Shown: in pieces, positions 48,223-57,580 of the stretch
Layout of the letters: each line of letters starts with the position of its first letter
Numbering within the stretch: the stretch's first letter is position 1
Source: Candidatus Krumholzibacteriia bacterium
GTDB taxonomy: Bacteria; Krumholzibacteriota; Krumholzibacteriia; JAJRXK01
DNA: 64,000 nt
NCBI GenBank assembly: GCA_041484665.1
Contig: JBGPIA010000002.1
Coordinates: 192,001-256,000, forward strand
Direction of reading: 5' to 3'
Translations under genes and position numbers: made by a program
Notes under the pieces: generated by a model
What the model was told of the DNA's origin: nothing
Seen by the model: the letters and a program-made list of their open reading frames with translations, nothing else
Database searches by the model: none

Positions 48223-49449
48223 TCATGGCTCCAGTGCTCCCGAGGATGTCAGGAAATCCGCGATGGCCGTCGCCGCAAGCGCGTGACCGTCGCGACTCCA
48301 GTGGCCGTCCTCATCGTTCTGCGCGCAGCCGTGCAGCGCGATGTCACCCCGGGCGGCTCGCGCGCGGAAGATCGGCACCAGATCCAGGTCGAGCGCCCCC
48401 TCACCCAACGCCACCGATCCCAGGTACCCGTGTACACGATCCAGGTCGAGGCTGGGGTGCTGCCGCCGCGCGCGCTCCATGGCGCGCGGCTGGACCTGCA
48501 TGCGGGTGGTCCCCTCGACGAGTACGAAGCGGGCCCCATCGGAGCGGACCGCGGCATCGAGCCGCCGCAGCACCGCCTGGGTGAGGGTGAGGGCGTCCCG
48601 CCAGGGGCGCGGAGGGTCGGGCAGCCACAAGTTGGCCTCGTCGGCGGGGGCGAGTGCGCATGCAGCCGCGCCGGCGTCATCGCCCGCGGCCACGCCGCCG
48701 TCGCCCGCGCTCGATGACGCGCGCTGCGCGCGCGGTGCAGCGAGCTCGTTGCCCGCGCGCAGCGTCAGCGAGACCAGGACCGACGCACGCTTGGCCGGCG
48801 TCAGCAGCGTGCGCACGTGGTACCCGCGGCTTTCGCGGAAGCTCTCGTCCAGCGCGAGCGCGCTGCCCTCCAGACGGAAGTAGGGTCCGTAGGCCATGGG
48901 CAGTGCCAGGGCCCGTGAGTTGTCCGCGACGTCGTTGGGGATGAACAACAGCAGCACCAGGTCGGGATGGTAGCGGCGCCCCTCGTGCTCGTAGAAGAGG
49001 CATTCGGCCGTGGTCCCCATCCCGGACCGCCCGGCGTTGACGACCTCGTAGCTGCGCCCGTCGCGGCGGGCGTTGAGCAGCGCCTCCAGCCGCTTGGTCC
49101 ACGTCTGCTCGAGCGGGAGCTGGAAACCCTCGGTGTACGAGTCGCCCAGCGCCAGGATGCGGAAGGTGCCCGGAGCGCGGGCATAGTCGATGTCGCGGTC
49201 GCGCAGCCCATGGGCGTTGATGCGGCCGCTGGACCCCCATCCCGGACAGGGTTCGGCGGCGGCGAAGCGATAGACGGCACCGGGCACGTACGACCAGCCC
49301 AGCACCGGATCCGGTCGCGTCCAGCTGGGCACGCTGACTCCGGCCACACGCAGCCCGATCTCCAGCAGCAAGCACAGCACGAGCAGCGTGGACAACGAAA
49401 GCGCGAGTCGGGTTCCCATCCCGCGCCCGCGTGCAGGCGCCGGCGTCAT
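48223..49449 (-). CDS. Membrane-anchored SGNH/GDSL hydrolase/acyltransferase (AlgX/AlgJ/DltD-like fold)
   Basis: N-terminal TM, ALGDSYT (block I), NAGRSG (II), PND (III), DGHW (V); ATGA overlap. Confidence 0.85.
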   Translation of the reverse strand: MTPAPARGRGMGTRLALSLSTLLVLCLLLEIGLRVAGVSVPSWTRPDPVLGWSYVPGAVYRFAAAEPCPGWGSSGRINAHGLRDRDIDYARAPGTFRILALGDSYTEGFQLPLEQTWTKRLEALLNARRDGRSYEVVNAGRSGMGTTAECLFYEHEGRRYHPDLVLLLFIPNDVADNSRALALPMAYGPYFRLEGSALALDESFRESRGYHVRTLLTPAKRASVLVSLTLRAGNELAAPRAQRASSSAGDGGVAAGDDAGAAACALAPADEANLWLPDPPRPWRDALTLTQAVLRRLDAAVRSDGARFVLVEGTTRMQVQPRAMERARRQHPSLDLDRVHGYLGSVALGEGALDLDLVPIFRARAARGDIALHGCAQNDEDGHWSRDGHALAATAIADFLTSSGALEP

Positions 49450-50645
49450 GCCGACGCGCCGGGCGCCACGGGCTGCGGGTGCAGCGGCCGCGACGCGCAC
49501 AGCGAGCGGTAGATGAGCTCGTAACGCTCCTGGATCGTCCGCCAGCTCAGGCGTCCCATCACGTCGCGATACATGGACCCGGTGAGCGCAGCGGCCTGCG
49601 GCTCGGCCAGCGCCTCCACCAGCTTCGCGCTCAGGTCGCCCGGCCGTTGCAGTGAGAAGGCGTAGCGGTAGCCGGCACCCACCACCTCGAGATTCTCGGG
49701 GATGTCGGAGCAGACGACCAACGCCCGGCACGAGACCGCCTCCAGCAGCATCATCGACATGGCCTCGACCTCGGAGGGGAACGCGAAGACCCGGCAGCCG
49801 CGCACCACCGGCAGCAGCAGCTCCCGCGGCAAGAGCTGCTTGTGCAGGATCACGCCTGGGAGGCCGGCACAGAGCGCCTCGATGCGCCGGGAGTACTCCA
49901 GGTCGTGGGAGAAGTCCCCGAGCACCAGCAGCTTCTGCCGCAACTGCGCGTCGCGGTAGGCCGCGAGCAGGTGGTGCAGTCCCTTGGTCGCGTCCAGCCG
50001 CCCGCATGCGAACAGCAGGTACTGCCCGGGCTGCACGCCCAGCGCCGTCCAGTCGGGGCCCGGCGCCGGTGCGCCGCCGCCCGCGCTGTTGCCGGGATCC
50101 ATGCCGTCGCCGCCCGCGCCCTCGCCGCCATCGGCGCCGTTGGGAACGTACTCGATGGCGCACCGGCTCCAGAGCCCCTGGGCCGACGCCTTGAAGCGCG
50201 ACACGGAGGTCAGCCGGTCGCAGAAGTGGACGAAGCAGTGCTCCGAGAGGCGCAGGTAGGCCCGCGCCGCCCAGCTCCATTTCGCGCGCAGGTATGGGTC
50301 GCCGTGGAAGGTCCCCACGATGTGCAGACCGCGCTTGAGCCGCAGCAGCGGGCAGAAGAACCCGAAGTCGGAGTTGTGGACGTGGGCGACGTCGTAGCGC
50401 CCCTTCACCAGCACGTGAGCGGTGCAGAGCAGGAAGTACAGGAACGGGCGCAGGTGCTTGCCGCCCCACGCCGGCACGTAGACGTAGTGCAGGTTCAGGG
50501 CGCAGTGGCGCGCAATCTGCGGCGTGCGCAGCAGGTAGACGTGGTAGTGGGTTTCGCTCGCCGCGTGCTCGAGCAATCGCTCGACCACGCGATCGGCGCC
50601 GCCGGTGGCAGGCAGCGCCTTGATGCCCAACACGGCCACGTGCAT
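49446..50645 (-). CDS. Glycosyltransferase family 4
   Basis: VAVLGIKALPATGG, GRLDATKG, FPSEVEAMSMMLLEA, SDIPEN. Confidence 0.88.
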   Translation of the reverse strand: MHVAVLGIKALPATGGADRVVERLLEHAASETHYHVYLLRTPQIARHCALNLHYVYVPAWGGKHLRPFLYFLLCTAHVLVKGRYDVAHVHNSDFGFFCPLLRLKRGLHIVGTFHGDPYLRAKWSWAARAYLRLSEHCFVHFCDRLTSVSRFKASAQGLWSRCAIEYVPNGADGGEGAGGDGMDPGNSAGGGAPAPGPDWTALGVQPGQYLLFACGRLDATKGLHHLLAAYRDAQLRQKLLVLGDFSHDLEYSRRIEALCAGLPGVILHKQLLPRELLLPVVRGCRVFAFPSEVEAMSMMLLEAVSCRALVVCSDIPENLEVVGAGYRYAFSLQRPGDLSAKLVEALAEPQAAALTGSMYRDVMGRLSWRTIQERYELIYRSLCASRPLHPQPVAPGASA

Positions 50646-50673
50646 GGCTGAAGCCTCGCCGGTGGGCCGCGCC

Positions 50674-51804
50674 CTAGCGGTTGTAGAACTCCGGGAACTG
50701 ACCGTAGTGGCGGCTCTCCGCGGGCTGGGCGACACCCTTCTCGCGGTGCTCCAAGTACGACCGGCGTTCCACGACCTTGTTGTCGTGGTGGACGTGTCCA
50801 TAGTCGACGTAGCGCTGGAACGGGATGGGTCGCTTGAAGATGACGCGCAGCTTGTTGGAGACCACCCAAGCCAGCGGCTTGGCGCGCGGCAACGAAGCGA
50901 AGCGCTCATTGCGCATGGCCGTCTTGGCGGAGGCGACCATCCAGCAGTTTTGCGTGCAGGCGGCGACCTCCGCGCGGGCCGCCACCGCCTTCTCGCCGCG
51001 CATGATCTCCTCCCAGCTCTGCTTGGACAGGTTGCCCATGAGCAGGTCGGGGCGGACGTTGCAGGCGTACACGTCGCTCCACGGATCGACGAACGCGAAC
51101 ATCGTGCCGGCGGTGCACGGGATCAGGCGGTCGTGGCCGAGGATCTTGGCGATCAGGCCCAGGTTCAGGTAGCCACGGAACCAGTTCTTGATGGACCAGG
51201 ATTGCATCATCTCCGTGACCAGGTCCTCAACACGCCGCGCAACGCGTACGCGGTCGTACATGTAGTTGTCGTCCTTGTGGAACTGGAAGCCGTTGTGCAA
51301 CGCCGAGGTCGCCAGCTCCACGCCCACGCGGCGGCTGAGGCGGTACATCTCCACGATCTGGTCGACGTTCTCGTCCTGGAAGGTCGTGGCGAACCCCAGG
51401 TCGGTACCCCGCAGCGCCACCAGACGCTCCATCGCCGCCATCTTCGTCTTGAACCCGTCCTTCTCACCGCGGATGCGGTCGTTGGTCTCCTCGAGCCCCT
51501 CGATGCTGATGCGGATCTTCACGTTGGGGTACTTGAGCAGGACCGGCTCGAGCTTGTCGACGTGCAGCCCGTTGGTGGAGATCTCGAGTGTGTGCGTCTT
51601 GGGATACAGCAGATCCACGATCTCCATCAGGTCGCGGCGCAGGGTAGGCTCACCCCCGGTGATGTTCAGGTGATCGAATCCGCCGGGCAGCTTGCTCAGC
51701 GTCTCCAGGCTCACCTCGAACCGCGGATTGGTCGGGTTCTTCCAGATGTAGCACATGGAGCAGGCGGAGTCGCACCGGTAGGTCAGGATCACCGACAAGT
51801 CCAC
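50674..51804 (-). CDS. Radical SAM protein with C-terminal SPASM/twitch-like domain
   Basis: CDSACSMC CxxxCxxC, ITGGEP, ISTNG, SIEG, CTAG...VYACN..MGNL, CTQNC; GTG start after GGAG. Confidence 0.9.
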   Translation of the reverse strand: MDLSVILTYRCDSACSMCYIWKNPTNPRFEVSLETLSKLPGGFDHLNITGGEPTLRRDLMEIVDLLYPKTHTLEISTNGLHVDKLEPVLLKYPNVKIRISIEGLEETNDRIRGEKDGFKTKMAAMERLVALRGTDLGFATTFQDENVDQIVEMYRLSRRVGVELATSALHNGFQFHKDDNYMYDRVRVARRVEDLVTEMMQSWSIKNWFRGYLNLGLIAKILGHDRLIPCTAGTMFAFVDPWSDVYACNVRPDLLMGNLSKQSWEEIMRGEKAVAARAEVAACTQNCWMVASAKTAMRNERFASLPRAKPLAWVVSNKLRVIFKRPIPFQRYVDYGHVHHDNKVVERRSYLEHREKGVAQPAESRHYGQFPEFYNR

Positions 51805-51959
51805 GGCATCTCCGTCTCTAGCTCCAAGGGGCACGGGTCCCCGGGGGCGTCGGGTGTCTCGCTCATGTCGGCTGGAGTCGCGGACTCGGCGTGCTCCGGG
51901 CGCCTCCGAGGGTGGAGTGCCGTGGGACCGGAGCGCCGCTCACCGCTCGTACGCACTTC

Positions 51960-51988
51960 AGGTTACCACGCTGCCCGAGAGGGGGCAA
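51960..51988 (-). promoter_or_regulatory. Internal sigma-70 promoter upstream of the radical SAM gene
   Basis: TTGCCC-N17-TAACCT with TG extension. Confidence 0.5.
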
Positions 51989-52092
51989 GGACGGTGCGTG
52001 GCCACGTGTGGGTGGCCACGGCCGGCAAGCTGAGCGCCTTCCCGCACCCCAACAGCGCTGCGGCCATCGCCGCCCAGCGCTGGCGATGGCGC

Positions 52093-53205
52093 TCAACGGC
52101 TGGAGAGCGAGCGGAACAGCACCTCGAACTGGTCGGCGATCCCCTCCCAATCGTAGTGGGCGCGCACGCGCTCCAGCGCCGCCTCACCCAGGGCGCACAG
52201 GCGCGGCTCGTCCTCGAGAACCTCGGCCAGTAGGCTGCGCAGGGCCGCCACGTCGCCCGGCGGGAACGCCAGCCCGGCCTGGGCGATCGTGGCCCGGTTC
52301 TCAGGGATGCCGTTCACGATCACCGGCCGACCCAACGCCATAGCCGTGAGCAGCACCGGGCTGGTGCCCTCCACGTCGCTGGGCTGCACGTAGACCCGGC
52401 AGTGCTGCATCAGCTGCTTGAAGCCCTCTCCGAACACGTAGCCCGTGAACACCGTGCGGGGGTCGGCGGCGCGCTTGAGCCCGTCGACGTACGCGCGGTC
52501 GTACGGATCGTCGCCGACGATCACGAGCTTGCGCCGCGTCGGCAGCCCGCGGAACGCCTCCATGAGGAACGGCACGCCCTTTTCCGGCACCAGTCGCCCG
52601 ACGAACAGGATGTAGTCGCGGGGCAGGAGCCCGAAGCGCTCCAACGCGTCGCGTGCCTCGACGCGCTCGATGTTGGCGCCGTACGGGATGCAGGCCGTGT
52701 CGCGCCCCATCTCCCGCACGTAGAACTCGTGCGCGACCTCGGTGTCGGTGACGATGGCGTCGCTGACGCGTACCCCGAAGCGCGCCGAGCGCTGCAGGTA
52801 CCAGCGGGCGAAGCGTCCCCACTTGCGCCGCTCCCAGGCCTTGCCGTCGACCCACAGCACCGTGCGCCGCCCGAACAGATGCAGCCAGGGGATCACCAGC
52901 GAGGTCCCCGAGCCCGACAGCAGCACCACCGGCGCGGGCTCGCGCAGCACGACATGCATCGCCGAGAGCACGATGTGCACGAGCGTGTCGAGGTTCTTGC
53001 GGCGCAGCGATGGCAGGTGATGCAGGCGCAGACCGTGGTAGTGCGCCGGGCGCGGCGGCGGCGTGTTGTAGGTACGGCAGTAGACCACGACGTCGTGCCC
53101 GCGCGCGGCCAGCCGGCGTCCGATCTCGTCGGTCGCCGTCTCCCGGCCGCCGTAGAGCGGCGGCAGCCCTCGGGTCCCCAGGATGGCGATCCTCAGTCGT
53201 TCCAC
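52093..53205 (-). CDS. Glycosyltransferase family 4 (DUF1972-type N-terminus)
   Basis: IAILGTRGLPPLYGGRET, DGKAWERRKW, IPYGA, VGRLVPEK, EGTSPVLLTAMA. Confidence 0.88.
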   Translation of the reverse strand: MERLRIAILGTRGLPPLYGGRETATDEIGRRLAARGHDVVVYCRTYNTPPPRPAHYHGLRLHHLPSLRRKNLDTLVHIVLSAMHVVLREPAPVVLLSGSGTSLVIPWLHLFGRRTVLWVDGKAWERRKWGRFARWYLQRSARFGVRVSDAIVTDTEVAHEFYVREMGRDTACIPYGANIERVEARDALERFGLLPRDYILFVGRLVPEKGVPFLMEAFRGLPTRRKLVIVGDDPYDRAYVDGLKRAADPRTVFTGYVFGEGFKQLMQHCRVYVQPSDVEGTSPVLLTAMALGRPVIVNGIPENRATIAQAGLAFPPGDVAALRSLLAEVLEDEPRLCALGEAALERVRAHYDWEGIADQFEVLFRSLSSR

Positions 53206-53325
53206 GGCCCGCGGAGGGTAGCCGACACGCTGGACACGCGCCAGCGGGCAGTTCCCGCGGCGCTGCCGCATGCGCGGCCGCGGCGGCTGTGGTACGCTCG
53301 CTGCTTCGGACAGGAGGTCAGGACC

Positions 53326-55200
53326 GTGTGCGGCATCGCCGGCATCGCCATGGCCGCAGGTGCGCCCGTGGACGAGGCGCTCCTGCGGCGCATGACCGCT
53401 TCCCTGGTCCACCGCGGGCCCGACGGCGACGGGCTGTGGATCGCCCCGGGTATCGGGCTGGGCCATCGCCGGCTGCGCATCATCGACCTCTCCGACGCCG
53501 GTCGTCAGCCCATGGGCAACGAGACCGGCGAGGTGCAGGTCACCTTCAACGGCGAGATCTACAACTTCCAGCAGCTGCGTCCTCCGCTCGAGTCGTCGGG
53601 ACATCGGTTCCGCTCCGCCACGGACACCGAGGTGATGGTCCATCTGTACGAAGAGCTGGGCCCGGCCATGGTCGGCCGGCTGCGGGGGATGTTCGCGTTC
53701 GGCCTGTGGGACGCGCGCGCGCGCCGGCTGTTGCTCGTACGCGATCGCGTGGGCATCAAGCCTTTGTACTACGCCGTGATTCCCGGTGGCCTGGCGTTCG
53801 CCAGCGAGCTCAAGGCGCTGCTGCTGATGCCGCAGGTCGACCGCGCGCTGCACGAGGAGTCACTGGCGTACTATCTGGCGTTTGGCTACCTGCCCGAGGA
53901 GCTCACCCCCTACCGGGGGATCCACAAGCTCAGGGCTGGCCACACGCTCAGCTTCGAGCCCGATCTCGGGCGTCCGCCGCGCATCGAGCGCTACTGGACG
54001 CTGGACGACTTCGTGGCCTCGCCGGCTGCGTGGCCGTCGCTCTCCCACTGTGTGGAGGCCGTGCGCGAGAAGCTGGGCGAGGCCGTGCGCCTGCGCATGA
54101 TCAGCGACGCTCCGCTGGGCGCGTTCCTCAGCGGCGGCGTCGACTCGAGCATCGTGGTGTCGGCCATGGCCGCCGCCTCGCGCGATCCGATTCGCACCTT
54201 CACCATCGGCTTCCACGAGCAGGAGGCCGACGAACGCCGCTACGCCCGCGCGGTGGTGGAGCGCTACCACACGCTGCACCAGGAGCAAGTTGTCACGCTC
54301 GACGGGCTGTCGGCGCTGCAGCTGCTCGCGCCCCAGCTCGACGAGCCGCTGGCCGATAACTCCGTCGTGCCGACCTACTACGTGTGCAAGATGGCGCGCG
54401 AGCAGGTCGTGGTCGCACTCAGCGGCGACGGCGGCGATGAGGGCTTCGCCGGCTACACGCGCTACAGCCGTATGGCGGCCAGCTCCGGGCTGGATCGGGT
54501 GCCCCGCGCGCTGCGCGCGGTGGCGCTGGGCCCCCTGGAGCGGGCCTGGCCGCAGAGCGCGCGTGGCAAGGGCTGGCTGCAACGCGCGCGGCAGGACTAC
54601 GTGGGCCGCTACCTCGACATGTGCGCCGTGTTCCCCGCTGGGGAATGGCGAGCGCTGCTGGCCCCGCCGCTGCAACGTGCGCTCGCGGGCGTCGACCCCT
54701 ACGATCGCTACCGCGCCATCGTGCGCGACGTCCCCGGCGAGCCGCTGGAGCGGCTCATGCGCCTGGACATCCGGACCTACCTGCCCGAAGACATCCTCCA
54801 GAAGGTCGACAAGGCCAGCATGCTCGTGTCGCTGGAGGCGCGCGTGCCTCTGCTGGACCACGAGCTGTTACAGCTCTCCTTCACCATGCCGCTGTCGCTG
54901 AAGATGCACGACGGGGCGCGCAAAGCCGTGCTGCGCGGCGCCGGGCGCGGCCTGGCGCCCGACGAGGTGCTGACTTCGCGCAAGCAGGGGTTCGTGATGC
55001 CGCTGCGGCGCTGGTTTCGCGGCGAGCTGGTCGGGCAGTTCGAGCAGACCGTGCTCGCGCCCGAATCGCCATGCGCCGGGCTCGTCGACCAGGCGGCCGC
55101 GCGCCGGCTGCTGGAAGACCACCGCAACGGCGGCCGCGACTTCGGCCGCCGCCTCTGGTCGCTATTGATGCTGGGCGAGTGGGCGCGGCGGTATCTCTAG
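53326..55200 (+). CDS. asnB: Asparagine synthase (glutamine-hydrolysing) family amidotransferase
   Basis: SD CAGGAGGT, GTG-CGIAG (Ntn Cys2), HRGPD, FNGEIYN, RDRVGIKPLYY, LSGGVDSS, SGDGGDE, KVDKASM, KQGF. Confidence 0.93.
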   Translation: MCGIAGIAMAAGAPVDEALLRRMTASLVHRGPDGDGLWIAPGIGLGHRRLRIIDLSDAGRQPMGNETGEVQVTFNGEIYNFQQLRPPLESSGHRFRSATDTEVMVHLYEELGPAMVGRLRGMFAFGLWDARARRLLLVRDRVGIKPLYYAVIPGGLAFASELKALLLMPQVDRALHEESLAYYLAFGYLPEELTPYRGIHKLRAGHTLSFEPDLGRPPRIERYWTLDDFVASPAAWPSLSHCVEAVREKLGEAVRLRMISDAPLGAFLSGGVDSSIVVSAMAAASRDPIRTFTIGFHEQEADERRYARAVVERYHTLHQEQVVTLDGLSALQLLAPQLDEPLADNSVVPTYYVCKMAREQVVVALSGDGGDEGFAGYTRYSRMAASSGLDRVPRALRAVALGPLERAWPQSARGKGWLQRARQDYVGRYLDMCAVFPAGEWRALLAPPLQRALAGVDPYDRYRAIVRDVPGEPLERLMRLDIRTYLPEDILQKVDKASMLVSLEARVPLLDHELLQLSFTMPLSLKMHDGARKAVLRGAGRGLAPDEVLTSRKQGFVMPLRRWFRGELVGQFEQTVLAPESPCAGLVDQAAARRLLEDHRNGGRDFGRRLWSLLMLGEWARRYL

Positions 55201-55255
55201 TCGATCGCCGTTGGGGCGCAGCCCGGGCATTGCGCGCCGCCGCTGCCGCTGCCGA

Positions 55256-56425
55256 TCATGGCCGCGGATCGAGGGGCCCGCGCAGGCCCTCCTGGTAGAC
55301 GGCCGTGTGCCCGGCGATCTCAGCTGCCAGACCGAATTGATCCCGGGCGAGCGCCGGTGCCTCGCGTGCGGTCTGCTCCCGCCACGCCGTGTCGGCCCAG
55401 GCAGCGGACAGCAAAGCCGCCAGGGCCTCGGCGTCGCCCACGGGGAAATCGCGCACGAACTCGCGCAGCGGTCCGAGGTCGTCCAGGTAGGGCAGCGCCG
55501 AGGAGAGCACGGGCGTGCCCGCGGCCATTGCCTCCACCACCACGTTGGGGAAGCCCTCCATGGTGCTGGCGATGACCAGCAGGTCACAGGCGGCCAGCAC
55601 CGCCGGGACGTCCGATCGGCGCCCGAGCCAATGCGCGCGCTCGGCGACGGCGCTCTGGCGGGCGAACGCCTCGAGCTCCTGCCGGTCGTCACCGTCGCCG
55701 GCCAGGACCAGCGCCGCGTGCGGCAGGGCGTCTTGGGCGCGCTGCAGCGCGCAGAGCAGCGTACGGTGGCCCTTGAGCGGCTGCAGCGAGGCGACCATGG
55801 CGATCCAGGGCCCGCGGGCGGGATCGCGCCCCAGCTCCGCCGCCAGGCGAGCGCGGCATTCGCGCCGCCAGGCCGGCACGCCGGCTGCGTCCCGGCAGAA
55901 GCCGTCAAGCTCCAGCCCGTTGGGGACGACGGTGATCCTCGTGCGCGGCAGCCCTTCGCGGCGTGCGAGCCGATCGCCTACGGCCGCGCTGTTGACGATG
56001 ATGCGGTGGACCAGCCGGCGGTTCACCCAGCGCGCCAGCGCCGCGCGCGGACCGGTGAGCTTCCAGTCGAATTGGTTGCGCTCGCTGGTCACCACGCGGG
56101 GCACGCCGGCCAGATGTGCCGCGATGGGGCCCACGATCAGCGTGAAGCTGATGAGCGAGTGGACCACGTCGTAGCGGCGGCGGTGCATCAGGCGCGCGAG
56201 CTTCGGGACGACCCACAGGAAGCTCCAGCGGTTACGCCCGCGCAGCACGTGGATGGGTAGACCGGTGGCGCGGAAGCCCTCGGCCAGCTCTCCGTCGGGC
56301 CTCCAGCAGATCAGCTCCAGGTCGAAGGCACCGCGGTCGAGATGGCGCGCCAGCCGCAGGGCGTGACGTTCGGTGCCGCCGACCTGGAACCACCAGAGGA
56401 ACAGCGCGACGCGCAGGCGTCTCAT
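55256..56425 (-). CDS. Glycosyltransferase family 4
   Basis: GGTERH, VPNG, LQPLKGH, EGFPNVVVEAMAAG. Confidence 0.9.
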   Translation of the reverse strand: MRRLRVALFLWWFQVGGTERHALRLARHLDRGAFDLELICWRPDGELAEGFRATGLPIHVLRGRNRWSFLWVVPKLARLMHRRRYDVVHSLISFTLIVGPIAAHLAGVPRVVTSERNQFDWKLTGPRAALARWVNRRLVHRIIVNSAAVGDRLARREGLPRTRITVVPNGLELDGFCRDAAGVPAWRRECRARLAAELGRDPARGPWIAMVASLQPLKGHRTLLCALQRAQDALPHAALVLAGDGDDRQELEAFARQSAVAERAHWLGRRSDVPAVLAACDLLVIASTMEGFPNVVVEAMAAGTPVLSSALPYLDDLGPLREFVRDFPVGDAEALAALLSAAWADTAWREQTAREAPALARDQFGLAAEIAGHTAVYQEGLRGPLDPRP

Positions 56426-57558
56426 GCGCGCCCACCGCCTGTCGCCGCTTGCCGGCGAGCGATCGCCCGCTCGAACCAGGCTTCGGCCAGCGGCCCCACT
56501 GCCTCCACGTCATGGCGCCGGGCCACGTGAGCGCGGCCCCGCTCCCCCGCCTGCGCGCGGCGAGCGGGATCGGACAGCAGCTCGTCCACGGCCGCCGCAA
56601 GGCGCTCCGGGCTGCCAGCCACCGCACCCAACCCTTCGCGTGCGATCACGCCGTCAGGGTCAACGCCCAGGGTCACGGCCGGCACGCCGTGGGCCCAGGC
56701 CTGCAGGAAGGCATTGGGCAAGCCTTCCAGTCGTGACGTGTTCACGTAGAGCAGCGCGTCGCGGTAGAGCTCGTCCATGCGCGCAGGCGGCACGAAGCCG
56801 GAGAGCTGGAGATTGGAGACGCCACGCGCCAGCTCGCGGATGTGATCGTCGTAGCCCCGGTCCTCGCCCGGGCCGCCCACGAGCCGGAAGCGCGCGTACG
56901 GCAGGCGACGGGCCAGCTCCACGAACAGCTCGGGCTGCTTGCGCCGCGCGAGGCTGCCGACCCACAGCACGTAGGCGCCGGGCTCACCGGGCGAGCGTGG
57001 CGGTGGCAACGCGAGCATGTTGGGCAGGACCTCCGTCTCGCGGCCGAAGTTGCGGCGCATGAGCGCCTGCTGCTCCTGCGTCTGGGCCAGCACCAGATCG
57101 GCGTGAGCGATCCCCCAGGCGTACAGGCGCTGGATCGGCCAGGGAGAGCGGCCCATGAGGTCGCGGTGGCAGTTGTAGTCGATGCCCAGCGAGAAGCTGA
57201 AGGCCGCCCCGGACTCGTGGCTGAAGCGGCAGCATTGCCCGGTGTAGAAGGCGGTCGAGCGTTGATTGACGAGCTGTGGGCGGGAGCGGTGGATCGCCGC
57301 GCGCAGCTTCATCATATCGGGCAGGAAGCGCAGCTTGCGGTTGCCCGTATGGAGCCGGAAGGAGCGGTGCACCTTCATGCCGTCGACGTCCATCACCGGA
57401 GGCTGGCCGAAGTCCCCGACGACGAATGCGACCTCGTGGCCCCGCCCGGCGAGCCAGCGGGCGAGAGTCACCTGCTGGAGTTCGGCGCCGCCCGCGAACT
57501 CGATTCCCGAGGGCACGAGCATGGAGTAGGCCGGGGGTGAGACGAACGTGACGCGCAT
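56422..57558 (-). CDS. Glycosyltransferase family 4
   Basis: GGAELQ, LWVG..KQPE, NTSRLEGLPNAFLQAW. Confidence 0.88.
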   Translation of the reverse strand: MRVTFVSPPAYSMLVPSGIEFAGGAELQQVTLARWLAGRGHEVAFVVGDFGQPPVMDVDGMKVHRSFRLHTGNRKLRFLPDMMKLRAAIHRSRPQLVNQRSTAFYTGQCCRFSHESGAAFSFSLGIDYNCHRDLMGRSPWPIQRLYAWGIAHADLVLAQTQEQQALMRRNFGRETEVLPNMLALPPPRSPGEPGAYVLWVGSLARRKQPELFVELARRLPYARFRLVGGPGEDRGYDDHIRELARGVSNLQLSGFVPPARMDELYRDALLYVNTSRLEGLPNAFLQAWAHGVPAVTLGVDPDGVIAREGLGAVAGSPERLAAAVDELLSDPARRAQAGERGRAHVARRHDVEAVGPLAEAWFERAIARRQAATGGGRA

Positions 57559-57580
57559 GGAAGCGCCGTTGGATCGTAGT

